A stretch of DNA of 64,000 nt from Patescibacteria group bacterium (GTDB lineage: Bacteria > Patescibacteriota > Doudnabacteria > UBA920). Under the pieces are notes generated by a model that was given only the letters and a program-made list of their open reading frames with translations, did not search any database and was not told where the DNA came from. Location: positions 5,131-69,130 of the forward strand of contig JAMDAY010000010.1 in assembly GCA_023484515.1 (NCBI GenBank). Direction: 5' to 3'. Shown in pieces: positions 9,434 through 18,225 of the stretch (its first letter is position 1; the number at the start of each line of letters is the position of its first letter). Both the position numbers and the translations under genes were made by a program.

Positions 9434-10080
9434 GCTGTTAATATGAAAACTTTTATTTGGGATATTCCCAATAAGGGTATTAAAACAAACCATAACAAAG
9501 AAAGTCAGGAAATGCCCGTAAATTGCTAAAACAGGCTTCAGTAAGCACGAAATTTCGGGAATTTCCTGGCTTTTTGCGTATCTTTTCGCTTAAAAGCCGG
9601 TAAAAGCAGGGAAGGTTGTAACAAGTTTTATAACCTTTCGTCTGCTTTGCACACAACTCTAGAAGCTTGAAACTAAACTGTAGAAATTATAATTCAGCAT
9701 TGGGGATAACCTGATTAATGGATTTAATCTTTAGCAGAAGGTTTTAGGCCTGTGTTGTGTTTTGGCTCTTTTATTGAACTTAATGCTTAGGCCAGCCAAC
9801 TGGGTACAAGCAGCGCTTCGTTTGTGTATTTTAACCTTGTTGGGGAATTTACATAACAGGAAGCAAATTCTTAGTACTGCCCGGTCGATCTTTTGGCGTA
9901 ATAGTCTGGCGTTAAGGTTTCAATAATCATTTCCGCTCCTTGGATGTTTCGGCGATCTCTAGAGCGCCGGAAAGGAAAACTTGGGGAAATGTCCCAGCCT
10001 TGAGTTGGGAAAACTTTAATTAACATTTTCCAAATTGATTGTCTCAATTGAATAATCAATTTTTGGAAAAGGAGTAAAAA

Positions 10081-13000
10081 ATGCAAAATTCTGTAGCAAA
10101 GAAACTCTTTGCTGTAGGTGTTGCGGCTTCCACCGTCCTTTTGGGCTTGGCTCCTTTCGCTGCCAGCGCTGCTGCGCACGCCGAAGGCACCAACGTCAAA
10201 AAGTCTGACGGTACCGTCGGTATGATCATCGGCGGACAGTTCCGCCCCTACACTTCTGCGGGCGCTTTCCTCTCCTACGGCTTCAATTCTTGGGCCGGCG
10301 TAGTGGACGCCAATGCAGACGACTTGGCTTTGCCGACCGGAGCGTTCATTCCTCCGCAAGACGGCAAAATCATCTGCTCTGACCGGGGAACTGACAAAGG
10401 CACCTGCTATTTAATTTCAGGCGCCCAAAAAGCCGGCTTTACCTCTGCGGCCGTTTTCACCGGCCTCGGCTTTAGCTTCTCCAGAGCGCAATATGGCGAT
10501 GTTTCCTGGATGCCCAGCACCAGCAACATTGACAACACCACCGCCTCCCACTTGCCCGGCGTGTTGGTAAACAACAGCGGCACCGTCCAATTGGTCGGTT
10601 CCAACGGATTGCTCGGCATTCCGGACATAGCCACCTTTAACGGTTGGGGCTATTCCTTTGCCGACGTTGTCCCGGCTAATTCCGCTGACAAGGCTATGAC
10701 CCAGACCGGCGTTATGGCTTCTCGCGTAGCCGGCCAACTCTCTCCGACCGCTTTGGCCAATGTGCCCAGCGTAGTTTCCGGTTCCGTCAGCGCCTCCCTG
10801 GCTTCTGACACCCCGGCTGCGGGTTCGTTAGCCGTAAGCTCTACCGCCAGCGTCAACACCGTGGCTACGCTTGCCAAATTCAACTTTTCCGGCAGCGGCA
10901 CCGTTACCCAGTTGCAGGTAAAGAGGATCGGCATTTCTGCCGATACCGATTTGTCAAACGTTTATCTGTTTGACGGTAGTACCCGCTTGACTGACGCGGC
11001 TTCCGTAGGTGCTAACAGCCTGGTAACCTTCAGCAACCCGAACGGCTTGTTTACGGTTTCCGGCAACAAGACCATCTCCGTGGTTGCTGAACTTAAAAAT
11101 AACGCTTCCGCAGGCATTACTGTAGGCGTTCAGTTGACTTCTTTCACTGTGGCCAATGGCACTCCGGCGACAGTTGCCGTTTCCGGCAATTTATTTAGCG
11201 TCACTAACGTCGGCACGGACCTGGCTTATGGCGACTTCGGTTCGGTTACTCCAACCGGCGGCAGCTATGACCCGGCCAAAGATGTGGAAGTGTTCCGCAG
11301 CAACCTGACCGTAAATACGCGCAATATGACTCTTTCCGGTCTTATTTTGCGCCAGATCGGTTCCGCCAACAACTCGGATATTAACAATTTCCGCTTGCGC
11401 ATTGACGGCACCCAGGTTGCCCAGGTCCAAAGCGTGGACAGCAATGGTTATGTTAATTTTTCCTTCGCTCCGGTGACGCTGCAAAGTGGCACCCGCGTAG
11501 TCAGCGTATTGGCTGACGTGGTTGGCGGTTCTTCCAGAACTTTCCAGTTCCAGATCCGCAACAAGGCTGATGTGGTCTTAACCGATTCCAACTATGGTAC
11601 CCAGGTGTCCACCAATGATACCTACCCTGTAGGATCGGCCGCTGCTAATGACATTAATGCCGGCAGCTTGACTATCCAAAAGGCCACCGATTCTCCTTCG
11701 GCTGATGTTACTGCCAATAGCAACGACGTAACTTTGGCCAAATACACCCTGACCGCTTATGGCGAACCCATGAAGGTTGAAACCTTGACTGTTGCCGCTA
11801 CTTCCAGCGACGTGTCCGTTACCTCTTTGCGCAACGGCCGCGTATTGGTTAACGGCGCGCAATACGGTTCCACCGCCACTTTGGCCAGGTGTACCACTTG
11901 TGCAGACAACGATGCCGGCGGTACTGCTTATACTTTGAACTATACGGTCAACCCGGGTACCCCCGTAATCGTGGAAGTTCATGCCGACTTGTATGACAAC
12001 GACGGCGCGAACAACCTGGGCAACGGCGACACAGTGACTGCCTACATTTTGGAAGGCTCTTCCAACGTGCAAAAGACCGTATCTTTGGGCTATGGCAGTT
12101 ACCCGACCAACACTGTAGTGGCCGGTAATTCGCTATCTGTTGTAACTGGCAGCATGACGCTATCTTCCAATAGCAACTATGCCAACCAGAAAATCTCTCT
12201 GCCGCAGACCAGCTATAAGTTAGGTTCTTTTAACTTGGTTGGCAGCAGTTCCGAAGATATCAACATCAGCAGTATTGGTTTGGCCATGGTTGCCTCTACT
12301 ACTTTGACGAGCTTAAATGATGTTCAGATAAAAGTTAATGGCAACATGTTTGGCACCATTAAATCTACAGTCGCTGCGGGAACCGGGCCTAATGAAACCA
12401 TTGGCGCCACTTCCACCTTCTCCGGCAACTACACTTTGCCGAAATTGACGACTGTTCCGGTAGAAGTTTACGGTACAATAAACACCCCGACCTCGGGTTA
12501 TACCAACGACCACTTCCAGGTTCGTTTGTCTGTTGACGGTACCACGGCCAGTTCCGCCACCACGGCCGAGAGCAGTAATAATGGGCAGACCATTAGCATA
12601 GGCTCGGCTTCCATTGTGGCGGCTAAAGACGCGTCTTCTCCGGTTGCTTCGTTAGTAGCAGGCAACCAGACCAAGACCGCCGCAGCCTTTAAGTTTACCA
12701 CCACTGATGATGCGTATACCGTCAAGGAAATTACGTTTACTCCGACCAACGTGACCACTATTACCAGCGTAATCTTAAAGGACGGCAACACTGTTCTTGG
12801 CACCCAGCCGGGCGGCACCGCTACCGTGACTTTCAGCGGCTTGAACATTTCCATTCCGGCCAACTCCTCCAAGGTTTTGACCGTGGACTTGCAGCTTGGC
12901 GCCGTAGGCTATGGCCAAGGCACATCTGGCGACAACGTCCAAATCCAGCTGACCTCCTACAAGAACGTCCCGTCTTCCACGGGTGTGCAGGCCACCAACA

Positions 13001-13587
13001 CGACTGACGTTCCTTCTGGCAACGCCATGTATGTAGTTAAGGCCGTTCCGACCATCACTCCGGTTACTTTGCCGACCGGCTTGTTAGGAGCTTCCGGCCA
13101 AGTCTATACCATCGCCAAGTTCCAGGTTAGCACTGGTGGTACTGGCACTATTGCCTTTACCCACCTGGTGTTTAAGTATAGCACCACGACTGGCGTGGAC
13201 ATTACCACTCCGAAGCTGTATGATGCCAATAGCGTAGAAGTTACCTCCAGCTCCAGCGTAGACAAGGTTAACAGCAGGATTGTTGTTGATCTGGCTGCGG
13301 AAAAGGAAGTTACTGACGGCACCTTCTCCTTGAAGGCTACGCTATCCGATGCTTCCGGTTTCACTACCGGTGACTCGGTTAGCACCTACATGGATGTGGC
13401 AACTAGCTCAGTGACAAAGTCTGCTGACGCGGGAACCGCAACCTCTACAATTGCTAACGCTTTTGTGTGGTCTGATGAGTCCGGCACGGCTGGCACCAGC
13501 GCGACCCACAGCCTGACTTCGGATGACTGGTTTGGCGACTACCTGATCAAGAATCTGCCGACAGACTCGCAGAACTTGGTTAAGTAA
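10081..13587 (+). CDS. large secreted cell-surface (S-layer-like) protein, 1168 aa, Thr/Ser/Gly/Val/Asn-rich
   Basis: AAGGAG RBS lies 8 nt upstream. The N-terminus is a signal peptide, MQNSVAKKLFAVGVAASTVLLGLAPFAASAAAHA. The composition is low-complexity and beta-rich. The gene is GC/C-wobble rich relative to its neighbours, the pattern expected for a highly expressed gene, and is followed by a strong terminator. Confidence 0.85.
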   Translation: MQNSVAKKLFAVGVAASTVLLGLAPFAASAAAHAEGTNVKKSDGTVGMIIGGQFRPYTSAGAFLSYGFNSWAGVVDANADDLALPTGAFIPPQDGKIICSDRGTDKGTCYLISGAQKAGFTSAAVFTGLGFSFSRAQYGDVSWMPSTSNIDNTTASHLPGVLVNNSGTVQLVGSNGLLGIPDIATFNGWGYSFADVVPANSADKAMTQTGVMASRVAGQLSPTALANVPSVVSGSVSASLASDTPAAGSLAVSSTASVNTVATLAKFNFSGSGTVTQLQVKRIGISADTDLSNVYLFDGSTRLTDAASVGANSLVTFSNPNGLFTVSGNKTISVVAELKNNASAGITVGVQLTSFTVANGTPATVAVSGNLFSVTNVGTDLAYGDFGSVTPTGGSYDPAKDVEVFRSNLTVNTRNMTLSGLILRQIGSANNSDINNFRLRIDGTQVAQVQSVDSNGYVNFSFAPVTLQSGTRVVSVLADVVGGSSRTFQFQIRNKADVVLTDSNYGTQVSTNDTYPVGSAAANDINAGSLTIQKATDSPSADVTANSNDVTLAKYTLTAYGEPMKVETLTVAATSSDVSVTSLRNGRVLVNGAQYGSTATLARCTTCADNDAGGTAYTLNYTVNPGTPVIVEVHADLYDNDGANNLGNGDTVTAYILEGSSNVQKTVSLGYGSYPTNTVVAGNSLSVVTGSMTLSSNSNYANQKISLPQTSYKLGSFNLVGSSSEDINISSIGLAMVASTTLTSLNDVQIKVNGNMFGTIKSTVAAGTGPNETIGATSTFSGNYTLPKLTTVPVEVYGTINTPTSGYTNDHFQVRLSVDGTTASSATTAESSNNGQTISIGSASIVAAKDASSPVASLVAGNQTKTAAAFKFTTTDDAYTVKEITFTPTNVTTITSVILKDGNTVLGTQPGGTATVTFSGLNISIPANSSKVLTVDLQLGAVGYGQGTSGDNVQIQLTSYKNVPSSTGVQATNTTDVPSGNAMYVVKAVPTITPVTLPTGLLGASGQVYTIAKFQVSTGGTGTIAFTHLVFKYSTTTGVDITTPKLYDANSVEVTSSSSVDKVNSRIVVDLAAEKEVTDGTFSLKATLSDASGFTTGDSVSTYMDVATSSVTKSADAGTATSTIANAFVWSDESGTAGTSATHSLTSDDWFGDYLIKNLPTDSQNLVK

Positions 13588-13641
13588 ACTTTACCTTTTA
13601 GGTATCGTTTCCTGACTACGAATAAAGTTTAGGACAAAGTT

Positions 13642-13677
13642 CCCCGCCCTTTGCAAGCAAAGGGCGGGGCTTTGTTA
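13642..13677 (+). terminator. rho-independent terminator (CCCCGCCCTTT-GCAAGC-AAAGGGCGGGG followed by CTTTGTT)
   Basis: Read directly, 55 nt after the stop of the large surface-protein gene. Confidence 0.75.
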
Positions 13678-13870
13678 TAAAAATTCCATAAAATTTTTTT
13701 GTTATTGATTCTAAAGAAAAATTTTTGTGTCATTGCGAGTGCATCCGAAGCAATCTGTTGAATCGTAAGATCGCCACGGCGCCAAAGATAAGGCCCTTTG
13801 GCGCCTCGGCACGTCGGTCGCGACCGATACGTGCCTCGAGATGGCATATGAGCAGTTACCGGATATGAAC

Positions 13871-13899
13871 TTGAAAAAGATTAAAATTTTTAGTAATAT
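13871..13899 (+). promoter_or_regulatory. putative promoter TTGAAA-17-TAATAT; the transcript would be leaderless or near-leaderless for the 13906 ORF
   Basis: Read directly; the -10 ends 6 nt before the ATG. Confidence 0.35.
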
Positions 13900-13905
13900 C
13901 ATGAT

Positions 13906-14601
13906 ATGCGTAAAAAAATTATCATAATAATAACCATAATAATCGCCATGGCGGCAGCGGCCGGCGGATACTGGTATTTCCAAAAAAACCGGCACAATAG
14001 CAAGGCGCCGGGCGCGAAATCTTTGGCCGACATCCAAAGGAATTTGACTGTTGAACAGGAAAAAGCGGTAAACGGCCGGATTCAAAAAGCCGAAGATTAC
14101 TTAAAAACCTTAAAACCGGAACAGAAAAATTACAATTACGAACAGGCCAATACTTACGAATACCTTGGCCAGCAATATTACGCGCTGGGACAGATGCAAA
14201 AATCCAAGGACATGTATGAGAAAGCGTTGGCCTTGGAGCCTGACGACGAATCAATGCAGGTTGGACTGGCCACTACTTTAACCGAAGCGGGGGACAAGGC
14301 CGGAGCGAGGCAGTTTTTGGAAAAGGCGCTGCAAAGCAATCCCAAGGATTCCGACTTGTGGCTGCGCTATATAGATTTGCGGCAGACTATGGGCGCCACG
14401 GCGCAGGACCTTGGCGATTTGTACAGCCAGGCTTTGGAAAAAACGAATAATTATATAGATGTTTTAACCAAAGACGCCGCCTTCCAGGAGCAACAGGGGA
14501 ATACTGCCGCGGCTATTTCTTTGTGGCAGCAAGCGTCCAAACAGCAGCCGGACAACCAGGCATATAAGGAAGAAATTGGCAGGCTGCAGAAACTGCAATA
14601 G
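13906..14601 (+). CDS. membrane-anchored TPR-repeat protein
   Basis: N-terminal hydrophobic helix KKIIIIITIIIAMAAAAGGYWYF, followed by tetratricopeptide-like repeats (YEYLGQQYYALGQMQKSKDMYEKALALEPDD...). Confidence 0.75.
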   Translation: MRKKIIIIITIIIAMAAAAGGYWYFQKNRHNSKAPGAKSLADIQRNLTVEQEKAVNGRIQKAEDYLKTLKPEQKNYNYEQANTYEYLGQQYYALGQMQKSKDMYEKALALEPDDESMQVGLATTLTEAGDKAGARQFLEKALQSNPKDSDLWLRYIDLRQTMGATAQDLGDLYSQALEKTNNYIDVLTKDAAFQEQQGNTAAAISLWQQASKQQPDNQAYKEEIGRLQKLQ

Positions 14602-14626
14602 TAGGGAAGGCTTGCCGTCAAAATAA

Positions 14627-14656
14627 TTGACACTGCGGCTAAGCAAGGATTATACT
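14627..14656 (+). promoter_or_regulatory. putative promoter TTGACA-18-TATACT
   Basis: Read directly. The annotated ORF track start at 14627 (TTG) is the -35 itself, so the real start of the downstream ORF is more likely the ATG at 14681. Confidence 0.45.
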
Positions 14657-14680
14657 GGAATAGCCATTAAACTGACTTTT

Positions 14681-14941
14681 ATGACTGAAGTTAATTTGGA
14701 AAATATTACCAAGCTTTTTAGGGAGGAATTAAAGCCGCTAAACAGCCGGCTGGATTCCATAGAACTTACGCTAGAGAAGCATACTAAAATTTTAGATACC
14801 CATACCGCCGCCTTGGACCGACTGCTTAAAGAAAAGAAGGACAGGGAGGAAGAAAAACAGGTAAGCGAGCATCGCTTTGAGCGCCTGGAGAATTGGGCCG
14901 CGCAGGTTGGCGAAAAACTTGGCATAAAATTGGAGCTGTAA
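14681..14941 (+). CDS. hypothetical coiled-coil protein (86 aa)
   Basis: Heptad-like charged sequence LEKHTKILDTHTAALDRLLKEKKDREEEKQ; directly upstream of the MNT/HepT pair. Confidence 0.45.
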   Translation: MTEVNLENITKLFREELKPLNSRLDSIELTLEKHTKILDTHTAALDRLLKEKKDREEEKQVSEHRFERLENWAAQVGEKLGIKLEL

Positions 14942-14953
14942 ATTTTTAATGTT

Positions 14954-15238
14954 ATGGAATTAGAAGAAGTAAAAAGAAGAATTACCCCTATTTTAAACCG
15001 TTATGGCGTCAAGCGGGCGGCTGTTTTTGGCAGTGTCGCCAGGGGAGAGGCGGGCAGGGATAGCGATGTGGATTTGCTTATTGAACTTGACGAGCCGCTC
15101 GGTTTGTTCAAACTGGCCCAGCTAAACTATGTGCTGGAGGACGTTTTGCAGAAAAAAGTTGATTTAGTGAAAACCGAAAATATTAAACCATCTTTTAAGG
15201 ATAATATTTTAAAGGATGCGGTTTACATTTATGGCTAA
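14954..15238 (+). CDS. mntA: nucleotidyltransferase-domain antitoxin (MNT, type VII TA)
   Basis: GSVARGEAGRDSDVDLLIE is the Pol-beta-superfamily NTase motif (GS...D.D). Confidence 0.85.
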   Translation: MELEEVKRRITPILNRYGVKRAAVFGSVARGEAGRDSDVDLLIELDEPLGLFKLAQLNYVLEDVLQKKVDLVKTENIKPSFKDNILKDAVYIYG

Positions 15239-15572
15239 CGCAGAAACCGCCTACTTGCAGGACATTTTAGACAATATTGGAATTTTGGAGAAATTTTTAA
15301 GCGGCGTTGGGAAAGACGCGTTTTTTTCCGATTTGGAAAAACAGTTTGCGGCGGCCCGCGCTTTGGAGATTATCGGGGAAGCTTCCGCAAAACTTTCGGA
15401 AGATTTTCGGACAAAGCATCCGGAAATAGATTGGCGCGGATTAAAGTCTATGAGGAACTTGCTGATTCATGAATATGCATACGTTGATGCGGGAGAAGTC
15501 TGGAAAGCGGGCCAAAATGATGTCCCGGATTTAAAAGCGAAAATAAAAACCATCCTCGCACAAGCATTGTAG
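15231..15572 (+). CDS. hepT: HepT-like (DUF86/HEPN) toxin
   Basis: RNLLIHEYAYVD matches the R-X4-HXY HEPN motif. There is an 8-nt ATGGCTAA overlap with the MNT stop. Confidence 0.85.
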   Translation: MANAETAYLQDILDNIGILEKFLSGVGKDAFFSDLEKQFAAARALEIIGEASAKLSEDFRTKHPEIDWRGLKSMRNLLIHEYAYVDAGEVWKAGQNDVPDLKAKIKTILAQAL

Positions 15573-15578
15573 CATATT

Positions 15579-15637
15579 AAAATTCCGCCGAAATTTTACT
15601 TTTAATCTATCCATGGTAAAATTTCGGCGGAATTTTA
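15579..15637. terminator. strong hairpin: 21-bp perfect inverted repeat AAAATTCCGCCGAAATTTTAC / GTAAAATTTCGGCGGAATTTT with an 17-nt loop
   Basis: Read directly, immediately 3' of hepT. Confidence 0.65.
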
Positions 15638-15676
15638 AATGTTTGCTATAATATATAAAACCATTAACTTTTTACC

Positions 15677-17902
15677 ATGAAAACCAAGCCAGTTCTTTAT
15701 ATTTTCTTTATTTTAATCTGCTTTAGTTTGCTCACTCCGTTTGTCGTGGACAAAAATTACCTTTTTCCCTTTATTTTGCCCCGCGCCCTGTTTTTGCGCA
15801 TAGTCCTGGACATTGCCCTGCCCTTTTATTTATACCTCATATTAGCCAAAAAGGAATACCGCCCAAATTTAAAAAATCCGTTAAACCTTTCAGTTCTGGT
15901 TTTTTTGGGAGTTTACTTTATTACTTCCTTTACCGGCGTAGACGCGTTGCGCAGCGTGTGGGGCAACATTGAACGCATGGGCGGGGCGTGGTATATGATG
16001 CATCTGGTAATGCTGTATTTTTACGTGCTGCTTTTAGCCCAGGCCAGCGGCAGGCTGCTGCTGCGGTTTTTAAAAATTTTCCTGTGGGTGGCCAATGTTA
16101 CCGTATTTTACGGGTTGTGGGTATACTTGGGCCTGCCGGGTTTTTACGCGGACCCTTCGCTGCCTTCCCGCGTGTCTTCCAGTTTCGGCAATCCCATCTT
16201 TTTTGCCAGTTTCCTGGTGCTGCCGCTGTTTCTGTCCGTGTTTTTCGCCATCCAGGAAGAATCCAGGGCCTGGAAGGCAATATACGGGGTAATGGCGTTA
16301 TTGCAACTGTTCGGCATTTACCAGAGCGCCACGCGCGGCGCGTTTGTGGGCCTGGCGGCCGGCATATTTTTGGCGGCCGTGATGTTTTTGTTCAAGGCGG
16401 AATCGCGGCGCCTGCGCAATTGGGGAGTTGCCGCGGTCGGAGGCATAGTCCTGGTAGCCGGCGCGCTGTTCCTGTTCGGCGGCAAGCTGCCGTCCGGTTC
16501 GTTTTTATACCGCATTACCCATTTAAAGGACAGCAATTCCGAAGCCCGCCTGATCCAGTGGAAGACCGCCCTTCAAGGATACAAAGACAAGCCTGTTTTG
16601 GGCGTGGGCCCGGAAAATTACTATATCATCGCCAACAAATATTACAATCCCGAACTGAACAAGTACGATCCTTCCTGGTTTGACAAGCCGCATAACTATC
16701 TTTTGGAAATTTTAGTGACCACCGGCGCGGTAGGATTTGCCGCCTATCTGGCCATGCTGGCGTTTTTTGCCTGGAGCCTGTATAAGGCCTTTAAGGCCGG
16801 GTTGCTTTCGTGGCTGGAAACCTGCGTGCTTTTAGCCGGCATGCTGGCTTACCAGATCCAGAACTTGTTCGTGTTTGATACCATTTCCGCTTCCGTGGCC
16901 TTTTTCATTTATATGGGTTTTGGCGCGTATTTGTGGCATGAGTCGGAATTGGAAAAAAAACCGGCCCACAAAAAAATTATGTCCGGCCTTAGCCCCGCTT
17001 TCGTGAACGCGGCCGCAGGCGTGTCTGCGGTTGCCGTAATTTATGCCATTTACTTGACAAGTATTGTGCCGGGCCGGGTGGCAAAGAACATTAATTACGG
17101 CTACGCTTATTCCGGCATAGACCCGGTAAAGGCGGAACAATATTTTGAAGCCGCGCGCAACCAGCCGTTCGTGTTTGATCCGGGAGAATTGGGAGTGCGC
17201 TATGCGGACTTTGCCGCTAACGTGGCCCAAAACCCGCCGCAGGGGTTGTCCAAGGAAGAGATTGGCAAGATTACCGACCATGCCATAGCTTCTTTGGAGG
17301 ACGCAAATGCGCGCGTGCCCAATTATCCCATCTTTTGGTATAAATTGGCCCAGGCTTACAATACCAAAAGCCTGCTGGACAACGGGCCCGTGGACCCAAG
17401 GGCCGACCAGGCCGCGGCCAGGGCCGTGGAACTGGCACCCAAGCGGCCGGAAACCATAAGCTACCTTATCCAGGTAAAGGCCGCAGAGGGACAGACGGAT
17501 AAAGCAGTGTCATTGTCGGAGCAGTTGGCCCAATTGTACCCGTGGAATTCCGATTACGCCTGGCGCCTGGCAGTGGTGTACGATTTTGCCAAGCAGGACG
17601 AAAAAGCGGTTGCAACTGCGCAACAGGCGCTGGCCGCAGGCTACCAAATAAAGCAAACCAGTGACATCCAGTGGCTGGTAAAATATTATTCCGATAATAA
17701 AAATTATGCCGCTGCAATCGCATTATACCAGGCAGGGTTAAAAAATGACCCGACCAATGTCCAGCTTTTGAGCGGTTTGGCCCTGGCTTATGCCGACTCG
17801 GGCGACAAACAAAAGGCCATAGAGACCGCCAGGCAAATTGTTGTAATCCAGCCGGCGGCCAAGGACGACGTGGACAAATTCATCCAGGGCTTAAGCCAGT
17901 AA
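15677..17902 (+). CDS. Wzy_C (O-antigen ligase / PglL-WsaB-like oligosaccharyltransferase family) polytopic membrane protein with a C-terminal TPR domain
   Basis: Multiple TM helices. IYQSATRGAFVGLAAG and ARLIQWKTALQGYKDKPVLGVGPENY match Wzy_C signatures. The C-terminal roughly 250 aa carry TPR-like repeats. Confidence 0.8.
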   Translation: MKTKPVLYIFFILICFSLLTPFVVDKNYLFPFILPRALFLRIVLDIALPFYLYLILAKKEYRPNLKNPLNLSVLVFLGVYFITSFTGVDALRSVWGNIERMGGAWYMMHLVMLYFYVLLLAQASGRLLLRFLKIFLWVANVTVFYGLWVYLGLPGFYADPSLPSRVSSSFGNPIFFASFLVLPLFLSVFFAIQEESRAWKAIYGVMALLQLFGIYQSATRGAFVGLAAGIFLAAVMFLFKAESRRLRNWGVAAVGGIVLVAGALFLFGGKLPSGSFLYRITHLKDSNSEARLIQWKTALQGYKDKPVLGVGPENYYIIANKYYNPELNKYDPSWFDKPHNYLLEILVTTGAVGFAAYLAMLAFFAWSLYKAFKAGLLSWLETCVLLAGMLAYQIQNLFVFDTISASVAFFIYMGFGAYLWHESELEKKPAHKKIMSGLSPAFVNAAAGVSAVAVIYAIYLTSIVPGRVAKNINYGYAYSGIDPVKAEQYFEAARNQPFVFDPGELGVRYADFAANVAQNPPQGLSKEEIGKITDHAIASLEDANARVPNYPIFWYKLAQAYNTKSLLDNGPVDPRADQAAARAVELAPKRPETISYLIQVKAAEGQTDKAVSLSEQLAQLYPWNSDYAWRLAVVYDFAKQDEKAVATAQQALAAGYQIKQTSDIQWLVKYYSDNKNYAAAIALYQAGLKNDPTNVQLLSGLALAYADSGDKQKAIETARQIVVIQPAAKDDVDKFIQGLSQ

Positions 17903-18085
17903 AGGCGCTTTTTGCGGAATTTGGCAGATTGAGTTGAATAATTTTTCTCACCAGCCAGACGTAATCCGTTTAACTTATGCCGCAAAATCAGTAGCGTAGG
18001 GGAATTGTATCGGACGCCTGTCCAGGAATTGCAGGCTCTGGCAGCGAAGACGGCCTTTAGGGGACAAACAGGCTTTAGAGGCAGT

Positions 18086-18179
18086 GATGACGCACATCTG
18101 GGACAATCTTCCTTAAGTTTGGCTGATGATGATTATTATCCGGTAATCTAAAGACCGCTTATCCCAGATGTGCGTCATC
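18086..18179. repeat. MITE-like element copy 2: 18-bp terminal inverted repeats GATGACGCACATCTGGGA / TCCCAGATGTGCGTCATC flanking a 58-bp core
   Basis: Read directly. It is about 90% identical, in reverse complement, to 62422-62515. It lies between convergent gene ends. Confidence 0.7.
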
Positions 18180-18225
18180 TCCCAAAAAATAGAAAGATTG
18201 GGAATTTGCTAATTTTTTTATTTTT

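Noticed and set aside
9440-10080. Searched the long leader for RNase P RNA, tmRNA (tag reading frame plus tRNA-Ala-like 3' end) and SRP RNA conserved blocks
   Set aside because: None of the conserved motifs (GGAAAGUCCGG, ACAGAAACCCGGCUUA, AGGUCCGGAAGGAAGCAGC, tmRNA TpsiC-arm) could be found by eye. Left as an unassigned leader.
10407-13385. Multiple antisense and alternate-frame ORFs (e.g. 10417-10737 minus, 11578-12072 minus, 12498-12872 minus) inside the large surface-protein gene
   Set aside because: GC-rich, low-complexity coding DNA generates long spurious open frames. Their translations are Gly/Val/Ala runs without motifs, and the + strand frame has signal peptide, RBS and terminator.
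13711-14254. Minus-strand ORFs 13711-14085 and 13922-14254 opposite the TPR gene and structured island
   Set aside because: No motifs. They overlap a promoter-equipped + strand gene and a hairpin-rich region.
15988-16683. 231-aa Arg/Gly/Pro-rich ORF on + strand overlapping the Wzy_C gene in another frame
   Set aside because: It overlaps a well-supported polytopic membrane protein frame. The composition is typical of an out-of-frame translation of GC-rich sequence.
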